Assembly: GCA_023205875.1 (NCBI GenBank)
Contig: CP060764.1
Location: 434,001 to 498,000 of the forward strand
Direction: 5' to 3'
Length of the DNA stretch: 64,000 nt
Origin: Chloropicon primus
Lineage: Eukaryota
Positions within the stretch are counted from its first letter, which is position 1, and every line of letters starts with the position of its first letter. The position numbers and the translations under genes are program-made. The notes below the pieces were generated by a model. The model worked only from the letters and a program-made list of their open reading frames with translations, was not told the origin of the DNA and searched no databases. Shown here one piece after another: positions 1 through 10,905 of the stretch.

Positions 1-2356
1 AGGAACGCTGGTGTCCCTGTGCAAAACGATAGATCAGGCAAAGTCCCTGGTCACGTTCCTGGACTCAGCTTCCGAGAAGACCCTGAGGTCCACGGTGGCT
101 CTCACGGCTGCGAGGGGGAGGGGTAAAAGTGCTGCCCTGGGCCTGGCCATCTCCGGCGCCCTTGCTCTGGGGTACAGCAACATCTTTGTCACGAGTCCCT
201 CGCCGGAGAACTTGAAGACGCTCTTCGAGTTTGTCGTGAAAGGTCTGGATTCCATGGACTACAAGGAGCACATCGATTACAACATGATCGAGAGCACAAA
301 CCCTGAGCTGCACAAGGTCATTGTCAGGGTCGACGTGTTCAGGCAGCACAGGCAGACAGTGCAATACATTCTGCCCCAGCACAGCAGCAAGATCATGCAG
401 GCGGAGCTGTTAGTCATTGACGAGGCTGCGGCCATACCTCTGCCAGTGGTCAGATCGCTTCTGGGCCCTTACCTGGTGTTCCTTTGCAGCACGGTGAACG
501 GGTACGAGGGGACGGGGCGGTCTCTGTCTCTGAAGCTTTTGAAGGAGCTCAGGGGGGGGGCCAATCAGGCGAAGAAGAAGTACGATAAGTTCAGTTCAGA
601 GAACGCTTCGATAGCTGCGCATAGCAGGAACTTCCGGGAGATCACGTTGGACGAGCCCATTCGATATGCTGAGGGGGACCCCATGGAGGGCTGGCTTCAC
701 GAGCTGCTTTGCTTGGACGCGGCGAACCACGTCCCTGAAATCCCAAAACGCTTGCCGCATCCAGACGAGTGCGAACTGTTTTACATCAGCAAGGACACCC
801 TGTTTTCCTATCACAAAGCAACCGAGAAGTTTCTCCAGCAGATCATGTCCCTTTACGTGGCAAGCCACTACAAGAACACGCCGAACGACATCCTCCTGAT
901 GAGTGATGCCCCGGCCCACCACTTGTTCGTTCTGCTGGCTCCAGTGGATGAGAACACAGGGAAATTGCCTGACGTTCTCTGCGTTCTCCAGGTTGCGTTT
1001 GAGGGACAGATCAGCAAGAGCGTGTCCCTCAACGCTTTGGCAAAGGGAAACCAGTACCACGGTGACCTGATCCCATGGACCGTGAGTCAGCACTTTCAAG
1101 ACGCCGAATTCCCCAAGCTCTCGGGCGCACGAGTCGTGAGAATCGCGACCCACCCCGACATAACTGGCGGGGGCTATGGCTCGAAAGCACTGCAGCTGAT
1201 CAAGCTCTACTTTGAGGGCGGAATGCAAGGGTTGGATGACGTGAATGCGCCCAGAGCCCCTGGAAGCGCTGGCGGAAAATCCCCAGCAGGCGCGGCAAGC
1301 GAAAGCAGCGTTCTGCTCACAGAAACGATAGCGCCGAAGAAGGGGTTGCCTCCCCTGCTGATCTCCTTGGAGGAGCGGCCTCCGGAGACACTGCAGTACC
1401 TGGGAGTAGCTTTTGGGTTGACCTCGTCTCTGTTCAACTTTTGGAAGAAGAACGACTATCACCCCGTGTACATTAGACATAGTGCGAGCGAAACCACTGG
1501 GGAGAACTCTTGCATTTCCATCCATCCGCTGGATACGTCAGACATCGAGAATGGTGATTGGCTTGTGCCTTTTGTGGACGACTTCAAGGCCAGGTTCTTG
1601 TCTTTGCTCAGCAACACCTTTCATCACGTGCACACGTCCCTGGCCCTTGCTATCGTGGACCCCTTCATTGATTTCACTGAGGCTGACACCAAAGCCGCTG
1701 TCGAGAAGGGTGTTGAGATGAGGAAGCTCAACGGACAAACCCTGACCCCGTTTGACCTGAAGAGGCTCGAGTCGTTCACAAGTAACCTGTCCGACTACCA
1801 CCTTGTGAAGGATCTGGTCCCGTCGATCACGGCGGCGTACTTTTCGAAGCAGGTGCCGGTACAGCTTTCCTCTGGACAGGCGGCCATTCTGCTCGGCACA
1901 GGCCTGCAGCAAAAGTCGGATGGGAGCTTGGGAGATCTTCTGGGCCTGCCCGCAAATCAGGTGAGAGCCCTGGCAAACAAGGCTCTCAAGAAAATTTACG
2001 GTGTCCTGAAAAGCTCCAAGGAGGCCGTGATCGACAGGTCGCTGCCTGTTCCAAAAATGGTGCAAGACCTGAGGCCACACGAGGTGACTGTGGATGAGGA
2101 TCTCAACGAAGCTGCCACGGAGGCCGATGAGTACATGAAGTCTGCCCTGTCCCTGGACAAGGTTGGTCACTTCGCAATAGCCGCGGAGGACGTTGATCTG
2201 AACGGTGCCTTGAAGGGTGCCAAGATCCCAGAGAGTGGAACCGTGAGCATCAAGAGCAGGCGGAGCGAGGCCAAGGACTCGGACCAGCCTTACAAGAGGA
2301 AGAAATCGAGGAAGTCCTCCGACGGCAAGAAGAGGAAGAGCAGGAAATCGGGTTAA
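1..2356 (+). CDS. NAT10: RNA cytidine acetyltransferase NAT10/Kre33 (5'-truncated by window edge)
   Basis: Walker A-like TAARGRGKSAALG, helicase motif IDEAAAIP, STVNGYEGTGRSL, SHYKNTPND, GNAT motif RVVRIATHP..GYGS, basic C-terminal tail. Confidence 0.95.
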   Translation, partial: GTLVSLCKTIDQAKSLVTFLDSASEKTLRSTVALTAARGRGKSAALGLAISGALALGYSNIFVTSPSPENLKTLFEFVVKGLDSMDYKEHIDYNMIESTNPELHKVIVRVDVFRQHRQTVQYILPQHSSKIMQAELLVIDEAAAIPLPVVRSLLGPYLVFLCSTVNGYEGTGRSLSLKLLKELRGGANQAKKKYDKFSSENASIAAHSRNFREITLDEPIRYAEGDPMEGWLHELLCLDAANHVPEIPKRLPHPDECELFYISKDTLFSYHKATEKFLQQIMSLYVASHYKNTPNDILLMSDAPAHHLFVLLAPVDENTGKLPDVLCVLQVAFEGQISKSVSLNALAKGNQYHGDLIPWTVSQHFQDAEFPKLSGARVVRIATHPDITGGGYGSKALQLIKLYFEGGMQGLDDVNAPRAPGSAGGKSPAGAASESSVLLTETIAPKKGLPPLLISLEERPPETLQYLGVAFGLTSSLFNFWKKNDYHPVYIRHSASETTGENSCISIHPLDTSDIENGDWLVPFVDDFKARFLSLLSNTFHHVHTSLALAIVDPFIDFTEADTKAAVEKGVEMRKLNGQTLTPFDLKRLESFTSNLSDYHLVKDLVPSITAAYFSKQVPVQLSSGQAAILLGTGLQQKSDGSLGDLLGLPANQVRALANKALKKIYGVLKSSKEAVIDRSLPVPKMVQDLRPHEVTVDEDLNEAATEADEYMKSALSLDKVGHFAIAAEDVDLNGALKGAKIPESGTVSIKSRRSEAKDSDQPYKRKKSRKSSDGKKRKSRKSG

Positions 2357-2415
2357 TTGAGTAAGAATGTTCTATTAAATATATATTTTTTCCCTTTTCC
2401 TGCTTCTCACTTCTC

Positions 2416-5400
2416 TCAGTCGCCCAAAGTGAGGGCATGGTTGATCAATCCGTTCTGCTCCTTGCTGTGCGTTTCCGCAAATCCAGTGGCCGTGGCTGCA
2501 GAGGTGGGCCTTCCTGCGTATGGCAGCGGCCAGTTCAGAGGCAGGCCAAGGGTCTTCATGCAAGTGTAAAGCCTTGGCTCGACGTACGAGTACGCACCCA
2601 TGTTCATGGGCTCCTCCTGGCACCACATGATCTCGGCGTTGGGGTACCTCCTCAACTCTCTCAGCACGAGGTCGTAAGGGAACGGAGAGATCTGCTCGAG
2701 CCTGCAGATGTGGATGTCATCCTTGAGCCCCCTCTTCTCTCTCTCCTGCGCGATCTCGTAGTAGACCTTGCCTGTGCAAAGAATCAATCTCCTGACCTGA
2801 GTCTCAGGCTCCGGCTGGGGGTGCCTAGATGTCACGCTGTCGTCCATGAGCAATCTCCTGAAGCGGATTCCCTGGATGTCGTTGTCATCGCTCTGCTCGT
2901 CGTCAAAATCGGTCAGGGGAGACTTGCACTGGGGATGCCTCAAAAGGTTCTTGGGAGACATCACGATCAGAGGCTTTCTGAACTGACGGTGGACTTGCCT
3001 CCTGAGGCAATGGAAGAAGTTCGCCGGGGTAGTGACATTGACCACAGCCCAGTTGTGGTGCTGGTGCTGGGCGATGGTGTGCTTTCCCCTGAAGAACAAC
3101 TCTACGTCCGGGTCTTGCATGCCCTCGGGAATGACGTACGGGTCGTCATCGCACATCTGAAGGAACCTCTCCAATCTCGCACTGCTGTGCTCTGGCCCCT
3201 GGCCATCGTAGCCATGAGGCAGCTGCACAACAAGCCCCGTCTGTCTGAGCCACTTGGCCTCTCCACTGGACAGGAACTGGTCAAACATGGGCTGAGCCCC
3301 GTTGGCAAAGTCCCCGAACTGCGCCTCCCAGATCACGAGAGAATTTGGGTCTTGCATGGAGTATCCCAACTCAAAGCCAAGGACGCCGAACTCGGACAGG
3401 GCACTGTTGGACACGGTGAACTGGTGCGGGTGCTGCCCCATTCGAACGTGGTCGAGAGGCCTGTACCTCGCCCCCGTCTTCTGGTCGTGCAGGACAGCGT
3501 GACGGTGGGTGAACGTGCCTCTCTCAACGTCCTGGCCACTGATGCGGACATGGTTTCCCTCGTGGATGAGAGTTCCGTAGGCAAGCATCTCGCCCGTGGC
3601 CCAATCAATCCCTTCGCCGGTCTCGATGGCTTTCTTCCTGCCCTCGTAGTTCTTCTTCACCTGGCGATGGGGCGTGAAGTCATCAGGCAGCTTCGTAACG
3701 TTCTTGCCAATTCTCTTTAAGATCTCCATGGGAACACCGGTGTTCCTCATCCTGGCCACCTGGTCCGGACCCTTGAATCCCTCCCAATGAGAAGACAGCC
3801 AGTCACGCGCCTTGGGCGTGTACTCCTTGGCGTTCTCAAACTCGGAGTTCATGATGTTGGTGATCTTCTTGCCGATGGCGTCCACCTCCTCCTTCGTCAT
3901 GGCCTTCTCGCCAATGAGCTTTGCCTTGTAGACCTCCAGAGGGTTGGGGTGCTTCTTGATGGCGTTGTACATGAGCGGCTGAGTGAACATAGGCTCGTCA
4001 ATCTCGTTGTGACCGTGCTTCCTGTAGCAAACGATGTCGACGACGACGTCAGTCTTCCACTTCTGCCTCCACTGCGCAGCAATCTTCATGACCTTGCACA
4101 CAGCCTCGACGTCGTCACCGTTCACGTGGAAAATTGGGGCGTCCAAAGCCTTGGCCACGTCCGTGCAGTACGGAGAGGACCTGCTGAACTTTGGATCCGT
4201 CGTGAACGCGACCTGGTTGTTCACCACGATGTGAATGCTTCCCCCGGTGGTGTACTCTGGCAGGGCACTCATATCGTAGGTCTCGTACACGACTCCCTGG
4301 CCGGAGTGCGACCCGTCTCCATGAAGGATGATGCCGCAAACCTTGCTCCTCTCCTTGTCGTCAAGGTAGTACTGCTTGGCCCTCACCTTGCCGTTGACCA
4401 CTGGCGCAACGGCTTCCAAGTGGGAAGGATTGGCGAGCAAAGAAAGGTGAATCGTCTTTCCGCTGATCGTGGGCCTGTCGTAAGAGGTACCCAAGTGGTA
4501 CTTGACATCTCCGGAACCAGAGTAAAGGTCGGTCTTGTCCCCCTCCTCCGTGATCGGCTTGAGGCCTCCGGAGAACTCGGAAAAGATCTGAGCGAGGGGC
4601 TTGCGCACCACGTTCGCGAGCACGTTCAAGCGTCCGCGGTGAGGCATCCCCATGACCACCGTCTCACAACCGCCCTCGGCGAGCGTGTCGATCAAAGTCT
4701 TCATTCCTGGGATCAGGGTCTCTCCTCCCTCGAGGCCGAAGCGCTTCGAGGCGGTGTACTTGTTCGAAAGGAAGTTCTCAAACATGACGCTCCAGGCCAG
4801 CCTGTCGTAAACGGTGGTCTTCTCAGCCGAAGAGAACTCGTGGGGCTGGCTCTCGATGTGGTTCCTCAGCCAATCGCACTTGGCCTTCTCAGAGATGTAA
4901 TTGTACTCGTAACCAATGCTCTGGCAGTACACTTCCCTCAACCTCTTCACGATCTCTCTCAGGGTGTACGTGGACTTCTCCTTGGTGTTGAAGAGTCCAG
5001 CAAACTCGGGGTTGTCCACGCTCATCTCGAGGTCCCAGTCCGCCTCCGTGAAGCCGTAGGAGGAAGGGTCGAGGTCGGTCTGCATGGGGCGGACGTCCAG
5101 CTCCAGGGGGTCCAGCTCGGCCAGCAAGTGACCTTGGGTCTGGTAGGCTCTAATGAGGAGGGTGACCCCGATACTCTTCTTGACGGCAAGGGCAGAGCTT
5201 GCGCCCGTCAAGGCCACGTTCGTCGAAGCGAATTGCGAGTACGCTTGGGACAAGGAGTCCGGCGTCTCTCCGCCCTCGAGCCTCCTGAAGAAGTCAGCCC
5301 AAGACCCGGGCACGCTCTCTGGGTTCTCCACATAACGCCTCTCAAGGTCCTCGATGTAGTTCGCAGTCGAACCGTTCACGAAGTCGTCCATGAGCTGGTT

Positions 5401-5604
5401 CATCGGGACTGCCGCAGGAGCAGCAGCTTCCGCTTTGGAGGAAGAGAAGGACGTCTGATTCCTCAAATACCTCGTCCCTTTTCCATATCCAAGGCTTCTG
5501 CCAGCACTCGTTCCCAGCAAACCCCTCAGCATGAGAGAACCATCCACCGCTGCGGAGGTGAACTGCCTCAAGTGAACCTTCATGCTTTCCGCCAGGAGGG
5601 CCAT
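2416..5604 (-). CDS. OGDH: 2-oxoglutarate dehydrogenase E1 component, mitochondrial
   Basis: KRFGLEG, GMPHRGRLN, GDVKYHLG, ThDP motif HGDG..NNQ, WEAQFGDFAN, PHGYDGQGPEHSSAR; N-terminal presequence-like region; start ATG 5604 (5583 is an alternative). Confidence 0.96.
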   Translation of the reverse strand: MALLAESMKVHLRQFTSAAVDGSLMLRGLLGTSAGRSLGYGKGTRYLRNQTSFSSSKAEAAAPAAVPMNQLMDDFVNGSTANYIEDLERRYVENPESVPGSWADFFRRLEGGETPDSLSQAYSQFASTNVALTGASSALAVKKSIGVTLLIRAYQTQGHLLAELDPLELDVRPMQTDLDPSSYGFTEADWDLEMSVDNPEFAGLFNTKEKSTYTLREIVKRLREVYCQSIGYEYNYISEKAKCDWLRNHIESQPHEFSSAEKTTVYDRLAWSVMFENFLSNKYTASKRFGLEGGETLIPGMKTLIDTLAEGGCETVVMGMPHRGRLNVLANVVRKPLAQIFSEFSGGLKPITEEGDKTDLYSGSGDVKYHLGTSYDRPTISGKTIHLSLLANPSHLEAVAPVVNGKVRAKQYYLDDKERSKVCGIILHGDGSHSGQGVVYETYDMSALPEYTTGGSIHIVVNNQVAFTTDPKFSRSSPYCTDVAKALDAPIFHVNGDDVEAVCKVMKIAAQWRQKWKTDVVVDIVCYRKHGHNEIDEPMFTQPLMYNAIKKHPNPLEVYKAKLIGEKAMTKEEVDAIGKKITNIMNSEFENAKEYTPKARDWLSSHWEGFKGPDQVARMRNTGVPMEILKRIGKNVTKLPDDFTPHRQVKKNYEGRKKAIETGEGIDWATGEMLAYGTLIHEGNHVRISGQDVERGTFTHRHAVLHDQKTGARYRPLDHVRMGQHPHQFTVSNSALSEFGVLGFELGYSMQDPNSLVIWEAQFGDFANGAQPMFDQFLSSGEAKWLRQTGLVVQLPHGYDGQGPEHSSARLERFLQMCDDDPYVIPEGMQDPDVELFFRGKHTIAQHQHHNWAVVNVTTPANFFHCLRRQVHRQFRKPLIVMSPKNLLRHPQCKSPLTDFDDEQSDDNDIQGIRFRRLLMDDSVTSRHPQPEPETQVRRLILCTGKVYYEIAQEREKRGLKDDIHICRLEQISPFPYDLVLRELRRYPNAEIMWCQEEPMNMGAYSYVEPRLYTCMKTLGLPLNWPLPYAGRPTSAATATGFAETHSKEQNGLINHALTLGD

Positions 5605-5900
5605 CTTGCGTCCTACCAGGGCAAGACACGAGAGGAGGCAAAGCAACTTGGCCGCAATGCCCTTCTTGCCCTTTACTTTCTGTCTCTTCTCCTGTTGTGA
5701 AAAAAAAAAAAAAGGAAAAAGGTTTTCTTCTCCAAAAAGTCTAGAAAATCACTTTTCTGGCGCTTTGTCGACTTTGGTGAGGGTCCCATGTGCAATTTCT
5801 ACTCTGTGACATGTCACGAGCGAGGAGAGGAGATTCCTTGGTCCCAAGACGCGTTTTGCACTAGGGGACGGCAACGTCGTCCCAACGATCAACCTCACGC

Positions 5901-6890
5901 TCAGATGACGAGGTTTAGAAGATGAGGAGGGGAGGGGAGGGGAAAATATCTATCGGTCCATCCATCACATGTACATGTGAGGAGCAAGAGCTCAGCATTG
6001 TCCTGCAGCTCGTTCTCCGCGTTCTTCTTGTAAAAGGTTAGCTTCTGCTTCTCCCACTCCAGCTCCTTGAACACCTGTTTGATCTGCCTCTCGTGCAAGG
6101 CCTGTATCTCAGTCCTCGTCACGCTCTCTTGCTTGATGTGAGGAGGGCGGGGAGGAAGGGAAAGGCCTCGACCGTCATGACCAGCAGCAAGGAGATCAGT
6201 GGAATCCTTCGCCAGCGTGGCAGAGGAAGAATCGTGCTTCTTCTTCACGCGAGGAATTGAGGAGTCCTCTGGCTTCTCGGCGATCCGATCAGTGGAAGAG
6301 CACACCACGCTGGGGACAAGGCGCTGTATCTCCAGCCCAGGTGCATGATGCACTGTGCATCATAGGCTCGGGCGCAGGCAGCTGACGAATGAGTGGACTA
6401 CTGCTTTCTTCGCCTGCTCGAGGCTCCTCCACGTTCGTGAAGGACAGCGACACGCAAAACGCGCTGAGGAGGAGGAGATGCATCAGAGAAGATCGTCCAC
6501 GGCATCGAAACGGATCAGCATCGATGCTGATCTGTTTCTGGGAATCCTGGAAAGTCCAAGCACCACCGTTGCTCTTTCTTCTTCATCCCCTGCTGCTGCT
6601 CCACACGATCTCCCGCGCGCCGGAGGGTGGCCACGCCTTTCGTTGCTCTTCCTGGGGTGCTTGCTCTCGCCTTCACACGCATACCTCAAGGAGACGCTAA
6701 GGTTGTTATGTACTACATTTGTTTCAAGCTTCTTTAGTTGTTCGAAGGTCCCACCTAGGACGTGAAGAAGCCTCCAAACTCGTTTCTGATGTACCCCTGG
6801 AGGAAGGAGGAAGAACGCAGAGAAGTCGTCGTCAGTTCGTTTGCCTGAAAAGAAAAACTTACATCGCCCGTGGACTCGGATCGCGAACAT
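5901..6890 (-). pseudogene. Unknown, possibly degenerate coding frame interrupted by two in-frame TGA codons
   Basis: ORFs 6483-6890 and 5901-6353 are in the same frame, separated by TGA at 6483-6485 and 6360-6362; coil-like C-terminal segment; several minus-strand splice-donor-like sites upstream (about 6897, 7095, 7400). Confidence 0.3.
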
Positions 6891-7326
6891 GACTTACTGG
6901 ATGCTTGCGCGTCTGCAACTTCTCCGACCAGGAGGCTCTGTCTCCCGAGTGCTCCACGATTCTCAGCGTTTGCTGGTACGAGGTATAGGTTCCGTCGCTC
7001 AAGTCCTGCGCGCGCGCGAGCGTGGACAGACAGAACAAGAAAAGAAAGGCGCGTCAGAACGAGGCCGCGCTCGGTCTTCCCACCTCTCGACTTACCTGCA
7101 TGGCGTGACGGTGCTGCCCCTCGTTCAAGTTCTCGGCTTGGAATTGCCTCTTCTTCACCTTGGCATTCTCCAAGGTCGCCAAGGAGTTCTTCACCTGCGG
7201 AGTCAGAGTTCACACACAAAAAACAAACAAAGGTCAGCCACTCGAGCAAACAGAGCGTCCCAGAGACCATCCTTGCCGCCAAAACAAAGCAAAAACTCCT
7301 AGGATAGAGGAGGCAAGATAGCCAAG

Positions 7327-7363
<37 letters not shown>

Positions 7364-8171
7364 GACACGCGCGCGCGCTCTTCTCTTGTCCGGCACTCAC
7401 CTGCTGGTGCAAGTCCATCTTTCGATTCCGCCGGTCCGGGCACGTCACTTATGCAACAACCAACCAACCAAACCAACAACTCGAACTGCTAGAAGATGAA
7501 GTCGTGACGAGTCCACCGCCTTGAACAAGCTTGTCCTCCTCAGTCCCTCTCTCCGTTGACTGCAATGACATACATTCCATTCCAGGGGGTAACGTCTCCC
7601 GTCGGAATTAACGTTCTTTGGGATACGTTTCATATAGAGTTGTAAGTGTGTTTCAATTGGAATGTCTTATACAAAACAGATGATCCCAGGGAAAGGATTG
7701 GGGGGAGGCCAACGGCAGGATACCAGGATAGGTACGACGACGACGAGGAGGACCAAGACGACTTGACCCAAGACGACTTGACGCTGAGGCGGCACGGACG
7801 CTGGAGCGAGTTGGCTTTCCATTGCATCGGTTGCGAGGCTTTAACCCGCAAACTTGAACCCCAAAAGACGGGCGTCTGTCTTTGGAAGGGCTACCTGCTC
7901 CATAGAGGTACTCCTTTGTGGAAGGTCTTGGCTCGAGGAGTCAGAGAGTTTGGCTTGCGGCGCGAATCAGCTTGGGACCTCCTTCACACCAAGGCAAGGG
8001 CGTCTTTGCGCAAGAGTACCCATTTCCCTGGAGAAGGTTTGTTCGGACCCCAGTAGCAAAGGTCTCGTTGTTGTTGTGGAACTCATCGAAGACTCCTCGG
8101 CGTCAACTCGGAGCACTGCACCGGACTCTTCTAGCGTTTAAGATTTTGCTCTTTTCTCACCAACCACCACC

Positions 8172-8636
8172 ATGGCGAAGGAATTTGGTTCGAGGGCGGA
8201 CATGCTCTCGTCTAAGATTGACGAGGTCTCGCGCAACAGAATCTGGGAGGAGCACTGCACCAAGGAGGTGGCCAAACTCCAAATGAACACTCACTTTGCT
8301 ATCAACGACCCCACGAAGATGGACTGCCTTCCGGAGAAGCCGAATTACGTGTATCCAAAGATCAAACTGAGTGACGGGGACGTGGAGCTTGCGACGACGA
8401 AGCTTAGCGCGGTGTGTAGCAAAAAGGACGTGCACTTAGACCCCTCGGAAAAGCACCCGCTGCCCATGACCACGAGTCAGGAGTACGGTTGGATCCACAC
8501 GGCGCTGGTGAAGCCGAACGAGATGTTCGCCCACAAGCTGAACTCTTGCGATATTACAAAGTACGCCAACGCATATTATAGTATGTCAGGAACGACGCCC
8601 TTCTCTCGGAAAGAGGGCTCACCGAGCGGCAAGTGA
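8172..8636 (+). CDS. CFAP144: FAM183/CFAP144-family cilia- and flagella-associated protein
   Basis: RIWEEHCTKE, PSEKHPLPMTTSQEYGW and SCDITKYANAYY motifs typical of the FAM183 family. Confidence 0.75.
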   Translation: MAKEFGSRADMLSSKIDEVSRNRIWEEHCTKEVAKLQMNTHFAINDPTKMDCLPEKPNYVYPKIKLSDGDVELATTKLSAVCSKKDVHLDPSEKHPLPMTTSQEYGWIHTALVKPNEMFAHKLNSCDITKYANAYYSMSGTTPFSRKEGSPSGK

Positions 8637-9355
8637 GGAGGTTGCCCGTGCATGTGCGTGCCAGCGACGGCTTGATCTTTGTTTGGGAAAAAGGATTGGG
8701 GAGGGAGACTGGGGCCTGCACTGCTGCGGGCCTGCAACGCCTGCTTTCCAAAACTTCAGGACAGACAAACTGCTAGCCTTAGGCTGCTGGTGCTGCAACA
8801 CAGTAACGGAAACTAACCATGTAAGAAAGGAACCAACATTTGTGTAAACCCCCCGGGGACGGACCCTTGAGCAACGAGGGAATCCCGAAGGTCTCTTCTT
8901 CCTCGCCAACCGCCGCTCTCTCTCGATCTCGACCGCACTCGCAGTAGTCTGTTGTCACTCGCCACCAAAGGCTTGGATCGAAGCGTTCTCGGGCGTGGCT
9001 CAGGGAGGGAAGTGTGGGTCCTTCACGGAAGGGTTCCGTGGGCACTCCGATCCCTCCCCCACCTGCATCATCCACACACACACTCCTGATCACCACCCAC
9101 CAACTTGAAGGAAGCCTCCAGCTAGCATTAGCAGAGCAGCCGATGAAGAAAACCGCCAAAAACAAAAACAGGCGACAGCTCGAGGGAGAAGGAAGGAAGG
9201 ACTTGAGAGAAGCGCGGATTAGAAGCGCACAAGAGAGTTGCGCGACCTTTGGGGAAGTGGACGGGTAGGTCTCTTCGCGACCTTTCTGTCGGCACCAGCC
9301 TTGCCTAGGCTCGCGCCGGAGAGGTCTGCGAGAGCGGGAGGAAGGGTTTTGAGGG

Positions 9356-10768
9356 ATGAGGTGCTTGGTGGAGTGCTCGATTTGCATGAGCGGGGAGAGG
9401 AAGGAGTGGCGGACGCTTGAGGAGTGTGGCCACACCTTCTGCTCGAAATGCCTCTCCCAACACTTTGAGACGGAGAGGCGGTCCGGCAAGTCGAAGCCTT
9501 CTTGCCCCATCTGCCGGTCGAAGCCCGCGATGGAGGGGATATGGGAGCTAGAGGAACTCACCTTCAGGACGTTCCTTCCCACCAAGGTCTTGTTGGAGTC
9601 CCCGGCCAAGCAAGGTGCGCGGGAGACTGGGGAGGAGGAGCGCGGACAAGGCAGGCAGGAGAGCGGGGCGCTTGCTGAAGGGAATACCCAAGGCCTATCG
9701 CCGAACAACACGGAAGCCCTGTTGGGGGGTTGGCCGAACGTGGGAGGGCTGGAGGGCGCCCTTGAGGCCACTCCGAGGGGGAAGAGCAGTGCTCGGAGGA
9801 AGACTTACGCGCAGTGGCTCAGCGAGGTCTCGACGCTCGAGGCCGAGTACGAGGAGCAGCTTAAGGAAGCAGAAGAAGCGAGGAGGAGGCTCAGCGCAGC
9901 GAAGGCGAGGCAGGCCAAGGACAAGATTGAATGGTCCAAGGCCAAGAGAGACCTGGACGCGAAGCTTGAGGCGAAAGAGAGGGACGTGAAACAGCTGCAG
10001 AAAAACCTGCGAGCTACGCAAGACCGGTTCAGGCTCGAAAAGGAGAGGTTTCAAGGGCTTCAGCTGCAGATGGCACATCAGAACTTCTTCAGCGACACCA
10101 CCTTGGATCTCGGATCAATACAAAAGAGCTTGCGAGGCAAGGACCTTGCTTCGGCAAACAAGCTCCTCTCGGCCTCCTTGGCGACCAGGAACGAGGAATA
10201 CAACAAGCTCAATGGCGCGTACGAGGAGATGAGAGAAGGGAAGGTCGAGATGGAGGACAAGGGCAAGATGGACGCCTTGCTGCTGGAGAACAGGAAGCTC
10301 AAGGACAGGCAAAGGAGGCTTGTGGGGGATATCGAGAGGCTGAGGGGGGAGAATTCAAAGATGAAGCAGAGACAGAGGCCTCTTCCTTCCCGGGAGGACC
10401 CGGGCAAAGGAGGGACCAAGGGGGCCAGTCCCGACTTCAAGCGCAGGCTCTTGGCCGGCGGCCTCGCCAGCGACAGGGGGCAGGGCCAGGGGGCCCCGTC
10501 TTTCATTGATCCGTCGAAGCAGCGGAGCGGTGGCCAGGACAGGGGAACTCTGATCCTTGATAACCCTGATGGCTTTGGAGGGAAAAGGAAGATCCCTCTG
10601 CGGGTCGTGGAGAGAAACGTGAAGAGCCGGAGCCTTAGCCTCGGTGCTTCCGAAAGCAGGGCCAAGGTCATAAAGGTGTCGAAGATTTCCGTCGGAAGAG
10701 AGGGAGAGGTCGTGGACCCCAGGCGATGCTCCGGCCTCGTGATGGAGCACTACTTTGACCGTAGGTGA
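9356..10768 (+). CDS. RING-finger coiled-coil E3 ubiquitin ligase, TRAIP-like
   Basis: N-terminal RING (CSIC..CGHTFCSKC..CPICR), long coiled coil, C-terminal PDGFGG motif resembling TRAIP/NOPO DGLGG. Confidence 0.7.
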   Translation: MRCLVECSICMSGERKEWRTLEECGHTFCSKCLSQHFETERRSGKSKPSCPICRSKPAMEGIWELEELTFRTFLPTKVLLESPAKQGARETGEEERGQGRQESGALAEGNTQGLSPNNTEALLGGWPNVGGLEGALEATPRGKSSARRKTYAQWLSEVSTLEAEYEEQLKEAEEARRRLSAAKARQAKDKIEWSKAKRDLDAKLEAKERDVKQLQKNLRATQDRFRLEKERFQGLQLQMAHQNFFSDTTLDLGSIQKSLRGKDLASANKLLSASLATRNEEYNKLNGAYEEMREGKVEMEDKGKMDALLLENRKLKDRQRRLVGDIERLRGENSKMKQRQRPLPSREDPGKGGTKGASPDFKRRLLAGGLASDRGQGQGAPSFIDPSKQRSGGQDRGTLILDNPDGFGGKRKIPLRVVERNVKSRSLSLGASESRAKVIKVSKISVGREGEVVDPRRCSGLVMEHYFDRR

Positions 10769-10806
10769 GAGCGGCTGTCTGTACAGACGTCTTCTTACAA
10801 CAACTC

Positions 10807-10811
10807 TGTAA
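10807..10811 (+). promoter_or_regulatory. TGTAA chlorophyte-type polyadenylation signal (example)
   Basis: TGTAA about 40 nt after the 10768 stop; also at 41173, 46159, 53735, 56458 (+) and 10795, 37847, 41283, 47069, 58890, 60965 (-), each downstream of a stop. Confidence 0.65.
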
Positions 10812-10905
10812 TCAATATGTTTCTAATATTTATATGTATATGTATATGTATATCGCAACGAAACATGAGACGAGCAAGACTTCAACGATTCGCAAGAAGA
10901 CGCCT

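Noticed and set aside
2437..5700. Long antisense ORFs (e.g. 2437-3720, 3787-5700, 22632-24608, 47235-48842, 49757-51610)
   Set aside because: Shadow ORFs opposite real genes, caused by GC3-rich codon bias; no recognisable domains
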